From assembly GCA_031393845.1 (NCBI GenBank), contig JANMWF010000014.1:1-34343 (forward strand): a stretch of 34,343 nucleotides of DNA, written 5' to 3'. The notes below the pieces were generated by a model. It did not search any database. It worked only from the letters and a program-made list of their open reading frames with translations, and was not told the origin of the DNA. The DNA comes from Nitrosomonadales bacterium (GTDB lineage: Bacteria > Pseudomonadota > Gammaproteobacteria > Burkholderiales > Gallionellaceae). Of the stretch, positions 8,153 through 18,625 are shown one piece after another (positions within the stretch are counted from its first letter, which is position 1; the number at the start of each line of letters is the position of its first letter). Both the position numbers and the translations under genes were made by a program.

Positions 8153-9292
8153 TTATTTGAAAAGTAAACGGATGCTGTCCCAACCGCGTGAAAATACATT
8201 GGCTAGCGGCATAGGCTCCAGTGCCACCAGCCGGTATTCGGCATATGGTTTGCCGCCCAAGGTAATTTTTATCATACCGACTTTTTGCCCACTGGCAATC
8301 GGCGCAATAAGAGGCTGCTGTGTTTCCATGGTTGCCTTCAATTGTGCAAGTTGTCCTGTAGGGATGGACAGTAGCAGATCGCTGCGGAATCCCACTTTGA
8401 CCATGCTCTCGGTGCCTTTCCACAGACGTAAGCTGGCTACCGGTTCGTTCTTCTGATACAGACGTACTGCTTCAAAATTTTGGAAGCCGTAATTTAGCAG
8501 CTTCTGGCTTTCGGTAGCTCGCAGGTTGTCTGAGGATGCGCCCAGCACGACTGATATTAGCCGCCGCTGGTTGCGTTTGGCCGAAGCCACTAAGCAGAAT
8601 CCTGCACTTTCTGTATGTCCCGTTTTTATTCCATCCACATAAGGATCCATCCACAATAAGCGGTTGCGGTTGGCTTGATTGATATTGTTGTACTGATATT
8701 CGCGCAAGCTATAGATTGGATAGTGCTCGGGAAAGTCGCGCACTATGGCGGCCGCGAGTAGCGCAGTATCATATGCACTGGAATAGTGCTGAGGGTGCGG
8801 CAATCCGGTGGCGTTGATGTAATGCGTGTTGTTCATGCCCAATCGTTGCGCTTCCTGATTCATTAGTTTGGCGAAGTTTTCCTCGCTGCCAGCTATGGTG
8901 GTTGCCAACACACGCGCTGCATCGTTACCAGACTGTACGATGAGGCCACGCAGTAATTCTGCAATCGTCACTGGTTTATTTTTGTCGAGAAACATGCGTG
9001 ATTCCACGCCTTGAGTGCGCAGTGCTTCTGCTGAAGGTATTATTGTCTGGTTCAGTAAAAATTTGTCCAGCTTGAGGGAGCTGAAGGTTAGATAAGCCGT
9101 CATCAACTTGGTAATGGATGCTGGTTCGGTGCGTTCATTGCCGTTCTGGTCGACCAGAATCTGATTGCTGGTAAAGTCGTATAGCAGATAGGATTTGGCT
9201 GCCAGCACTGGAGCGGGCGGCAGGTTGGTTAGCTGCGCCTGGGCAAACAATGGAAATAACAGAGCGACGAGAAACGACAACGTAAACTTCAT
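8153..9292 (-). CDS. dacC: D-alanyl-D-alanine carboxypeptidase (PBP5/6)
   Basis: SxxK (ASITK), SxN (SGN), KTG motifs; signal peptide; start ATG at 9292. Confidence 0.9.
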   Translation of the reverse strand: MKFTLSFLVALLFPLFAQAQLTNLPPAPVLAAKSYLLYDFTSNQILVDQNGNERTEPASITKLMTAYLTFSSLKLDKFLLNQTIIPSAEALRTQGVESRMFLDKNKPVTIAELLRGLIVQSGNDAARVLATTIAGSEENFAKLMNQEAQRLGMNNTHYINATGLPHPQHYSSAYDTALLAAAIVRDFPEHYPIYSLREYQYNNINQANRNRLLWMDPYVDGIKTGHTESAGFCLVASAKRNQRRLISVVLGASSDNLRATESQKLLNYGFQNFEAVRLYQKNEPVASLRLWKGTESMVKVGFRSDLLLSIPTGQLAQLKATMETQQPLIAPIASGQKVGMIKITLGGKPYAEYRLVALEPMPLANVFSRGWDSIRLLFK

Positions 9293-9399
9293 ATTGAGAC
9301 CAATAACCAAAACCGCAATTATAGACGTGTGGGGTTGGTTGGGCTATGGGGTGAGTTTGATTGCTCAGGTTAAATGCGCCGGAATACCGCGCATCTTAA

Positions 9400-10290
9400 T
9401 CAATATACTGCCGCAGCTTGTTCCGCTTGTTCAGCTACTTGTACACTAATTTCCTCAGCCTTGCTCGGATCGATGCCCAAAACTTCCCAATCCTCATCGC
9501 TGATGTTGGCATCAACGCGTTCCTGAATACCAAAGGAAGCCAGTAATTTTTCTGCCAAGCTAATCATGTGTACTATTGGTTGTCCCGCTGCCGCTTCGAC
9601 CACATCCGGTGTATGGTGGTAGCGCAACACGGCAATAATTTCATCCGGCAAATTCCAGTGGCGTGCTAGCTCCGCACCCAATTCGTCATGGCATATTTCC
9701 AGTATTTCTCGTTCTATACTCAGTGCAGGACACTCAGATTCCACTGCCAAGCGTACATGCAGGTCATCGCTGCGTTTTGGATCCAGGAAAGCGAGCGCCA
9801 GATAACCGATGTCGTGCAGTATGCCAGCCAAAAAAACTTGGTCATCCTTAGGACGTATCTTTGTGGGCATGGCACGAGCGATGCCGAGCATGGCAAACGC
9901 GATGCCGAAGCTATGTAACCAAAGATCCTGTGTCTTAAACTTACCCGTGGATACTTTGGTCGACAAGGACATGATAGCGATGCCAGTTGCAATCGATTTG
10001 ACACGGTTCATGCCCAGCAATATCGCTGCTTCTTTTACTGACGTTGATTTTCGAGTGGAGCCAAGATTTGCTGAATTGGATAGCCCGATAATTTTTGCTG
10101 AAATTTGCGGGTCTTGCTCAATCAGTATTAACATTTCTCGTTCGTCTTCGTCGGTATCCATAGATAGCGCCAGCAGCCTTTGTGCAATGACAGGCATGGC
10201 AGGTAGCGCATCAATATATTTGACCGCCTGTCTAAGATCAATATTTTGGTTGCCGGGAACTACATGTGTGCTATTGGTTGGCAAGTTCAT
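9400..10290 (-). CDS. HDOD domain signal-transduction protein
   Basis: LPAMP, DPQISAKIIGLSNS, LWLHS, GILHDIG, HDELGAELARHWNLP, YHH. Confidence 0.9.
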   Translation of the reverse strand: MNLPTNSTHVVPGNQNIDLRQAVKYIDALPAMPVIAQRLLALSMDTDEDEREMLILIEQDPQISAKIIGLSNSANLGSTRKSTSVKEAAILLGMNRVKSIATGIAIMSLSTKVSTGKFKTQDLWLHSFGIAFAMLGIARAMPTKIRPKDDQVFLAGILHDIGYLALAFLDPKRSDDLHVRLAVESECPALSIEREILEICHDELGAELARHWNLPDEIIAVLRYHHTPDVVEAAAGQPIVHMISLAEKLLASFGIQERVDANISDEDWEVLGIDPSKAEEISVQVAEQAEQAAAVY

Positions 10291-10495
10291 TCCTCGAGCT
10301 AATTCTGTTTGTTATTGTTAAACGCGCATTATTTACGGTTAACATTCTAGCTAAATTTCTGACAGAAAGATGTTTATATTTCGTTAAATTTATGTAGATG
10401 CTCGGTTTTCTTGATCTTGTTGCTGAGGGCATGCTTGTCTATTTTCGCGCAATTCATGTATCTTACTGTAAATATTTTAAATTAAGGAGACTTAG

Positions 10496-10954
10496 ATGCG
10501 TTACGTAATTGCAATTGCCATGCTGTTTTGTGCGACACAAGCATGGGCAGAAAATGTGGTAGTGAGCGACGCGTTGGTACGCGCCACGGCACCGGGACAA
10601 GAAAGCGCCGCAATACGGTTTTCCATTACCAGCAAGAAAGAAGCACAGCTGATAGCGATTGTCAGCCCGGTTGCGGGTGCAGTCGAAATTCATAGCATGA
10701 CGCATGATAACGGGGTTATGAAAATGCGTGCCATTGAATTTCTGCCGCTACCTGCAGGCAAGACGGTTAAGCTAGGAGCGAGCGGTAATCATGTGATGTT
10801 GCTTAACCTCAAGAATCCGCTTAAAGCGGGTGACCATGTGCCACTTACCATCACCGTGGAGTTCGCCGATAAACGCAAGGAGCAGATTAATGTGAATGCC
10901 GAAGTCAAGTCGCTCACTGCAAGCAGTAATGAGCACGAGCATCATGCCCATTAG
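10496..10954 (+). CDS. Periplasmic copper chaperone PCu(A)C
   Basis: Signal peptide; EIHSM..GVMKM...GNHVML copper motif; His-rich tail. Confidence 0.92.
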   Translation: MRYVIAIAMLFCATQAWAENVVVSDALVRATAPGQESAAIRFSITSKKEAQLIAIVSPVAGAVEIHSMTHDNGVMKMRAIEFLPLPAGKTVKLGASGNHVMLLNLKNPLKAGDHVPLTITVEFADKRKEQINVNAEVKSLTASSNEHEHHAH

Positions 10955-10970
10955 CTGCATCATTGAGTAA

Positions 10971-12601
<1,631 letters not shown>

Positions 12602-12725
12602 AGAAGAATGGCATGGCCGCCAAATCGGCAAGATCAGTTTTGCGCGAGATCCGATGGCACAGTGGTCGCAGCAATGGACCATCTTTCTCGAAAATGATTG
12701 GTTTGCAAATAACAGGAGCTTCACC

Positions 12726-13841
12726 ATGATATTGATTCTTTCTTCCAATACTAACCAGCAAAGCGGAGACTACCAGCAACTGATTGCTTATCTCGCCGGG
12801 TTGATGGGTGTTCAGATGCGCGTGCATGTTGAGCGCGGTACAGAGCAGGTATTAACCGAGATTTACCTCATCGGCAACACCAAGTCTTTAGACATAAAGG
12901 ACATGCAAAGTTTGCCCTGTGTCGAGCGTGTGGTGCGCGTGTCGGAGGAATATCGTATCCTTGGGCAGCATAAAGATGACCCGCGTCCAACGTATTTCGA
13001 CTATAACGGCGTGCGCTTTGGCCAGGACACGCTCAACGTGTTTGCCGGACTTTGTGCGGTGGACAACGCTGAACATGTCGAGATCATGTTAAAAGCATTG
13101 CGCGATAACGGCCAGATTTGCACGCGTATGGGCGCGTACAAGCCGCGCACCAGCCCCTATGCTTTTCAGGGGCATGGCAAGAATTGTTTGCCTTTTGTTT
13201 TCGACTTGGCGGGAAAGTACGGCATGAAGGTGATTGCGATGGAAATTACGCATGAGTCGCATCTCGACGAAATCCGCGCCGCATTGCTGCAGACCGGCAA
13301 CCCCACTGGCGTGATGTTACAGATAGGCACACGCAATACACAGAATTTCGAACTGCTGAAAATCGTTGGACGTCAACAGGAATTCCCGGTGCTGCTTAAA
13401 CGCGGTTTTGGGATCACGCTGGATGAATCACTAAACGCCGCCGAATATCTGGCGTCTGAAGGCAATCGCAATGTGGTGTTCGGCTTGCGTGGCATGAAGA
13501 CCAACATGGGCGATCCGCACCGCAACTTGGTGGATTTTGCGCATGTGCCGGTGGTCAAGCGCCTGACCCGGATGCCTGTGTGCATTGACCCATCGCATTC
13601 AGTTGGCACGCGCAGTGCCGCGCCCGATGGCATTCTTGATTTGATGCATATCACCGCGCAGGGTGTGATGGCTGGCGCCAATATGGTGCTGGTAGATTTT
13701 CATCCAGTTCCCTTAAAGGCTCTGGTGGATGGGCCACAGGCATTATTGCTGAAAGAGTTGCCGCACTTCCTTGAGGATGTCCAAATTGCGCGTGACGCGT
13801 ATCTCAAACGTGTGGCATTGGCGCAACGTTTTGCGCAGTGA
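12726..13841 (+). CDS. DAHP synthase, type I-beta, with N-terminal regulatory domain
   Basis: AGLCAV, GAYKPRTSPYAFQG, QIGTRNTQNFELL, LKRG, DPSH, DG; start ATG at 12726 with RBS AGGAG. Confidence 0.88.
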   Translation: MILILSSNTNQQSGDYQQLIAYLAGLMGVQMRVHVERGTEQVLTEIYLIGNTKSLDIKDMQSLPCVERVVRVSEEYRILGQHKDDPRPTYFDYNGVRFGQDTLNVFAGLCAVDNAEHVEIMLKALRDNGQICTRMGAYKPRTSPYAFQGHGKNCLPFVFDLAGKYGMKVIAMEITHESHLDEIRAALLQTGNPTGVMLQIGTRNTQNFELLKIVGRQQEFPVLLKRGFGITLDESLNAAEYLASEGNRNVVFGLRGMKTNMGDPHRNLVDFAHVPVVKRLTRMPVCIDPSHSVGTRSAAPDGILDLMHITAQGVMAGANMVLVDFHPVPLKALVDGPQALLLKELPHFLEDVQIARDAYLKRVALAQRFAQ

Positions 13842-14815
13842 ACGGAGGCCTTCCATTTGAGTTTGATTCGCTTCCTTCGCTTTATTCTTCTCGCTTGCTG
13901 GAGATGAGTGCGATAAGCGAGGGTGCAAGTGATTATATTATTGTAAAGCACGCCATTTTTTTCTGCTTGCTGCTGTTTTGCGCAACTTCACAGGCCACGA
14001 CGTCATTTACTGTCACCGATGTCAGTGGCACGCAATTAGTATTTGCCACACCGCCACAGCGCATCATCTCTTTAGCTCCAAACCTTACCGAACTCGCTTA
14101 TGCCGCAGGCATGGGCAGCCATATGGTGGCGGTTACGGCATACAGCGACTATCCACAGCAAGCCAAACACTTGCCGCGAGTAGGCGATGCATTTCGACTT
14201 GACTGGGAACGTTTGGTCGCGTTAAAACCCGATCTGGTGCTGGCATGGGGCAGCGGCCTGTCATCGAGAGACCGCGCCACTTTTGAAAAACTGAAGTTGA
14301 AAGTGCTGGTATTGGAACCACGCCGTCTTCATGATATTCCCAAGATATTGCTCTTGCTGGGACGCATCGCCGGCATTGAGGCAGTAGCTGAAGCTGCCGC
14401 GTACGCTTTTGTGCAGCAGCTTGATACCTTGCGCCGGCAATATGCCGGACGCACTAAGGTGCGCGCCTATTTTCAAATAGCCGCAGCGCCGCTGCTTACG
14501 GTCAACGATGCACATATCATCAGTGACGTGCTGCGTTTGTGCGGTGCACAGAACGTATTTGCCGCTGTGCCCCTGTTGACTCCTGCCATTTCGAATGAGG
14601 CACTGGTAAAAGAAAATCCCCAGGCGATGCTGGCTGTCGCTGCCACGCATGAACAGGAAGAAGAGACAAAACGAATATGGCGCGGGTTGCCGTTAATTGC
14701 TGTCCGGCAAGGTCAAATGGCTTTCATTCATCCCGACCTGATCAGCCGCTCCACGCCGCGCATTCTGCTTGGTGCAAAACGGATATGCGAACAAATAGAG
14801 TCAGCTCGGCGTTAA
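13838..14815 (+). CDS. Cobalamin/helical-backbone metal ABC substrate-binding protein (BtuF-like); true start probably ~13904 or later
   Basis: PQRIISLAPNLTELAYAAG, YSDYP, ERLVALKPDLV, LCGAQNVF, RSTPRI. Confidence 0.85.
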   Translation: MNGGLPFEFDSLPSLYSSRLLEMSAISEGASDYIIVKHAIFFCLLLFCATSQATTSFTVTDVSGTQLVFATPPQRIISLAPNLTELAYAAGMGSHMVAVTAYSDYPQQAKHLPRVGDAFRLDWERLVALKPDLVLAWGSGLSSRDRATFEKLKLKVLVLEPRRLHDIPKILLLLGRIAGIEAVAEAAAYAFVQQLDTLRRQYAGRTKVRAYFQIAAAPLLTVNDAHIISDVLRLCGAQNVFAAVPLLTPAISNEALVKENPQAMLAVAATHEQEEETKRIWRGLPLIAVRQGQMAFIHPDLISRSTPRILLGAKRICEQIESARR

Positions 14816-14969
14816 GGGGTTTGAGCACACGAACAAGTTCATGCCTGTTGCTTGGTTCTTCTTGACTTGAAGCCTTGATGGAAAAACGACTCCAGCGCAT
14901 CGGCAAGATAATAGCCCTGATTGAAAGACGGAACCGCAGCAGTGATCAGCGGTGCTAAAGGCAAAACCA

Positions 14970-15965
14970 TTAACGAGCCCCGGTAGATGTATGGCTCTTG
15001 AGAAAATCCGCATAGGCCTTCATCAGCCCAGCCTGCAATGAAGTAGGCGCATGCCAACCTATTGCATTGAGGCGGGAAACGTCTAACAGTTTTCGCGGAG
15101 TTCCATCCTGTTTTGAGGTATCAAAAATGATTTCGCCATCAAACCCCACCGCCTCCTTTACTAATGCTGCCAGTTCGCCGATGGTTACATCTTCACCAAC
15201 ACCAATGTTCACCAAAGGAGGCTCAAACTTACCACTTATGGTTTCATCGCTGCCCAGTAATCCGCAATAAGCGTCATCCGGCAAATTCATCAGATAAACA
15301 CAGGCATCGGCCATGTCTTCACTGTAAAGAAACTCTCGCTTGGTTGACCCGGTACCCCAAACTACCACTTGCTGCTCACCGCGCACCTTGGCTTCGTAAA
15401 ATTTGCGGATCAGTGCCGGAGTGACATGACTATTGCTCAAATCGTAGCTGTCCCCCGGGCCATAAAGATTCGTCGGCATCACAGCCAAATAGCGTGTTCC
15501 ATACTGGCGGTTATAGCTCCAGCACATCTCGATACCAGCAATCTTGGCCAAGGCATAAGGCCGGTTGGTTGGTTCCAAAGAGCCAGTAAGAAGACAATTC
15601 TCACGCATCGGCTGTGGCGCAAATTTTGGATAGACGCAGCTCGAACCGAGAAACATTAGACGCTTAACGGCATTCTGGTAGGACGCGTGGATGATGTTGG
15701 TCTGAATCGCCAAATTGTCACGTATGAACTCCGCTGGGTAGGTGTTATTAGCCAGAATTCCGCCCACCCTGGCGGCGGCAAGAAAGACATAGTCAGGTTG
15801 TTCCTGGGCGAAGAAAATTTCAGTGGCAGCCTGGTTGGTGAGATCCAGTTCGATGTGGGTGCGGGTAATAAGGTGGCTGAAGTCCTTGCCTTGCAAATTT
15901 CGCATGAGAGCCGAGCCAACGAGGCCGCGGTGTCCTGCGATGTAGATTTTGGAGTTTTTGTTCAT
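14970..15965 (-). CDS. fcl: GDP-L-fucose synthase
   Basis: GHRGLVGS, AARVGGILAN, LGSSCVYPK, YALAK, PTNLYG, DGTPRKLLD. Confidence 0.95.
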   Translation of the reverse strand: MNKNSKIYIAGHRGLVGSALMRNLQGKDFSHLITRTHIELDLTNQAATEIFFAQEQPDYVFLAAARVGGILANNTYPAEFIRDNLAIQTNIIHASYQNAVKRLMFLGSSCVYPKFAPQPMRENCLLTGSLEPTNRPYALAKIAGIEMCWSYNRQYGTRYLAVMPTNLYGPGDSYDLSNSHVTPALIRKFYEAKVRGEQQVVVWGTGSTKREFLYSEDMADACVYLMNLPDDAYCGLLGSDETISGKFEPPLVNIGVGEDVTIGELAALVKEAVGFDGEIIFDTSKQDGTPRKLLDVSRLNAIGWHAPTSLQAGLMKAYADFLKSHTSTGAR

Positions 15966-16309
15966 TTGCTTCGGTGCTTGCTGATATCAGCCATAAAACC
16001 AATCGGACGAGAGGAGCCAACAGGCACTGGCATCAGTTGTCGGAAGGCGTCAGTCAGGCTCGCGATGGTTTGGTTGTGGCTGGATATCTTGCGTCCCAAC
16101 TTTGCCTTTCTTTCCTCAACAGTCAGTTGATACATGCAGTTTGATGGGAAGCGCTCAAGGTTCCGGCGCATGGCCTGCTTCAATGACTTGGTGAGCACCC
16201 CATGCAGATCTGTCAAATCGGCTTCGGTCATGACTTTGTGTCCCTTACTCAAGAGAATTCGCTGAGCGATCGACCTCGGCGCGACGAGAGTGAAAGGGGT
16301 GTCATTCAT
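15962..16309 (-). CDS. ORF6N-domain protein, degenerate or internally deleted
   Basis: [36 protein letters not shown]...YQLT matches ORF6N; C-terminal RPIGF; middle part appears missing. Confidence 0.7.
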   Translation of the reverse strand: MNDTPFTLVAPRSIAQRILLSKGHKVMTEADLTDLHGVLTKSLKQAMRRNLERFPSNCMYQLTVEERKAKLGRKISSHNQTIASLTDAFRQLMPVPVGSSRPIGFMADISKHRSK

Positions 16310-17405
16310 GGTAGTCCATCGCCTTGTAGCCATGCTTTTTAACCAGCTCATCCCGTTCTGCAGCCTTCAAATCCTCACGTACCATCTCCGCCACCAGCTC
16401 ATCAAAAGTTATTTTAGGCACCCAGCCCAATTTTTCTTTTGCCTTGGTCGGGTCACCCAGCAGGGTTTCCACTTCGGTGGGACGGAAGTAACGCGGATCA
16501 ACCTTGACTATAGCTTTCTCTCCACCGGCAGGTGAAGAGGAAAGCAAAGAACCTACCTCATCCGCTCCCTGTCCCTCCCAGCGAATATTCATGCCCAGCT
16601 CCTTTGCCGCCGCATTTACAAAGTCGCGCACGCTGTACTGCACTCCGGTGGCGATAACAAAGTCCTCAGGCTCATCCTGTTGCAACATTAGCCACTGCAT
16701 CTCGACATAATCCTTGGCGTGGCCCCAGTCACGCTTGGCATCCATGTTTCCCAAAAAAAGGCAATCTTGCAGGCCCAGCTTGATCCGCGCCAGTGCCCGA
16801 GTGATCTTGCGGGTAACAAACGTCTCGCCGCGAATAGGCGACTCATGGTTGAACAAAATCCCGTTGCAAGCATATATGCCATACGCTTCGCGGTAATTTA
16901 CCGTGATCCAGTAGGCATAAAGCTTGGCCACTGCATAAGGGCTACGCGGGTAGAAAGGAGTAGTTTCTTTCTGCGGTGTTTCCTGGACGAGGCCGTATAG
17001 CTCTGAGGTGGAAGCCTGATAGAACCGCGTTTTCTTTTCCAGCCCGAGAATACGAATAGCCTCCAGAATGCGCAATGTACCAATGCCGTCAGCATTAGCG
17101 GTGTATTCTGGAGTTTCGAAGCTGACTGCCACATGGCTCATAGCCGCGAGGTTGTAGATTTCATCAGGTTGAACCTGCTGGATGATGCGAATAAGGTTGG
17201 TGGAGTCGGTAAGATCGCCATAATGCAAGATAAAACGCTTGTCATTAACGTGCGGATCTTGGTACAAATGATCAATACGATCAGTATTGAAGAGCGAGGC
17301 GCGGCGCTTAATTCCGTGGACCTCATAGCCGCCTTTATTTAGTAGAAACTCAGCTAAATAGGCACCATCTTGACCGGTGACGCCGGTGATCAAAGCTTTT
17401 TTCAT
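16302..17405 (-). CDS. gmd: GDP-mannose 4,6-dehydratase
   Basis: [50 protein letters not shown]. Confidence 0.97.
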   Translation of the reverse strand: MKKALITGVTGQDGAYLAEFLLNKGGYEVHGIKRRASLFNTDRIDHLYQDPHVNDKRFILHYGDLTDSTNLIRIIQQVQPDEIYNLAAMSHVAVSFETPEYTANADGIGTLRILEAIRILGLEKKTRFYQASTSELYGLVQETPQKETTPFYPRSPYAVAKLYAYWITVNYREAYGIYACNGILFNHESPIRGETFVTRKITRALARIKLGLQDCLFLGNMDAKRDWGHAKDYVEMQWLMLQQDEPEDFVIATGVQYSVRDFVNAAAKELGMNIRWEGQGADEVGSLLSSSPAGGEKAIVKVDPRYFRPTEVETLLGDPTKAKEKLGWVPKITFDELVAEMVREDLKAAERDELVKKHGYKAMDYHE

Positions 17406-17512
17406 TTGTACAGTCCTGTTAAACGATCTACTTAAACTAAGTTATTTTATCCACCTAAGCTGGGGAAAGCCACACCTACAATTTCGGCTTCATTGCTTTG
17501 GGAGGAGGAAAA

Positions 17513-17855
17513 GTATCCGTTTGGATTATGTTGTTGCCACCTCCATGCATCAGCGTACATATCGATAAGAGATTTTCGAGCTCACCAGCCAAGGATTCGC
17601 TGCACGTTGAAAGGGTCTGCACAGAATTCAGCAACATGCATGGGGCGGTAGTAAGTTATCTGAAACGGCACTAACTGACCAATGGCCTTCTCAATAGCGC
17701 GACTACACCTAATACGCTGTAGTCTTGGCAGGTTCCCAGATTGACAGTGAATGGCTCGCCACGCTCTAACAGCACCTTTAGCGCGGCAATATGTCCCTGA
17801 GCCAATCCAACACATGGATGTTGTCACGTATCCCGGTACTTTCTTGTGTAGGGCC
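17513..17855 (-). pseudogene. galE: UDP-glucose 4-epimerase C-terminal remnant
   Basis: Across 2 frameshifts and a TGA: PTQESTGIRDNIHVLD / LAQGHIAAL..VNLGTCQDYSVL / RAIEKAIG..ADP..ILGW*ARKSLIDMYADAWRWQQHNPNGY. Confidence 0.85.
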
Positions 17856-17947
17856 ACCATTATCATTCTTTGGACTAAAGTTTGAAAGTAAAATACTTTC
17901 AAAAAGAAAGATGTCACGATATGCTTTTAGTGGGTGGTGGTCGGAGC

Positions 17948-17979
17948 CTCAACCCACCTGCTTTAGTAGGTGGGTTGAG
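17948..17979. mobile_element. IS200/IS605-like terminal hairpin (orphan end)
   Basis: ctcaacccacctgc-TTTA-gtaggtgggttgag, 14 bp stem; resembles the CCC...GCTTTAG...GGG subterminal palindromes. Confidence 0.55.
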
Positions 17980-18199
17980 TTGGATGATTAGGGGCTGACA
18001 ATGACAATTGCCACGTCGCGGCAAGACTTGTTGAAATCTTCGATGACCGGCACAGACATCGGTCAACAATCATGACAGTTGGTTGCCACTAAAACATTGG
18101 CATAACATCATCAACAGCTCAATACTGGCAGAAATACTCTGGATCGGCTAGTGCACAACACTGACCCATACACCCGTGGCTCACGAATCGATGCGCAAA
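17980..18199 (+). pseudogene. istB: IS21-family helper ATPase IstB C-terminal remnant
   Basis: Across frameshifts: LDD*GL..RQDLL..FDDRHRHRSTIMT..LPLKHWHNII..LA..LDRLVHN..ESMRK. Confidence 0.8.
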
Positions 18200-18625
18200 T
18201 GTAAAATAGTTTGACCAATCCTCTGAGCCAATGGTAAAAAATACCCCCGCGTCGCTAAGCACCTCATGTTCATTTTACCGTGGATTAACTGCCCCTACTT
18301 GCGTGGACTGGGTAGGATTGATTTAAAGTATTCCACAGTGCTACCGTTATTAGTTTTAAATGAGGACTAGTCGCATTAGCTCGTTCCAATTAAGGCTTCG
18401 ATTCTGCTGGCGGAAGGTCAGGTATTCATCACAGAAAACAGAAGGCACATTTTTGAAAAACGATAACCAAAACTGACATAAAGAATGTCATGCGCGTAAA
18501 CATGTCAGTAACAAACATCGAGCGTCATCTCAATGAAGATGGCTATGACGTTGGCAATTGGCGACTGATAATAGTTTGTGCAACATTCCAAATAGAGTCG
18601 AACCAACAAAAATACAATCGACGCA

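Noticed and set aside
13838-13950. Cobalamin riboswitch ahead of the BtuF-like gene
   Set aside because: No B12-box or GGGAA core visible, and almost no intergenic space.
17582-17917. 111 aa hypothetical CDS
   Set aside because: Chimeric frame of the galE pseudogene.
18474-18509. CusR/CopR-like box (TGACAT-N5-ATGTCA)
   Set aside because: Spacing does not fit the CusR consensus and the downstream gene has no metal link; may still be an operator.
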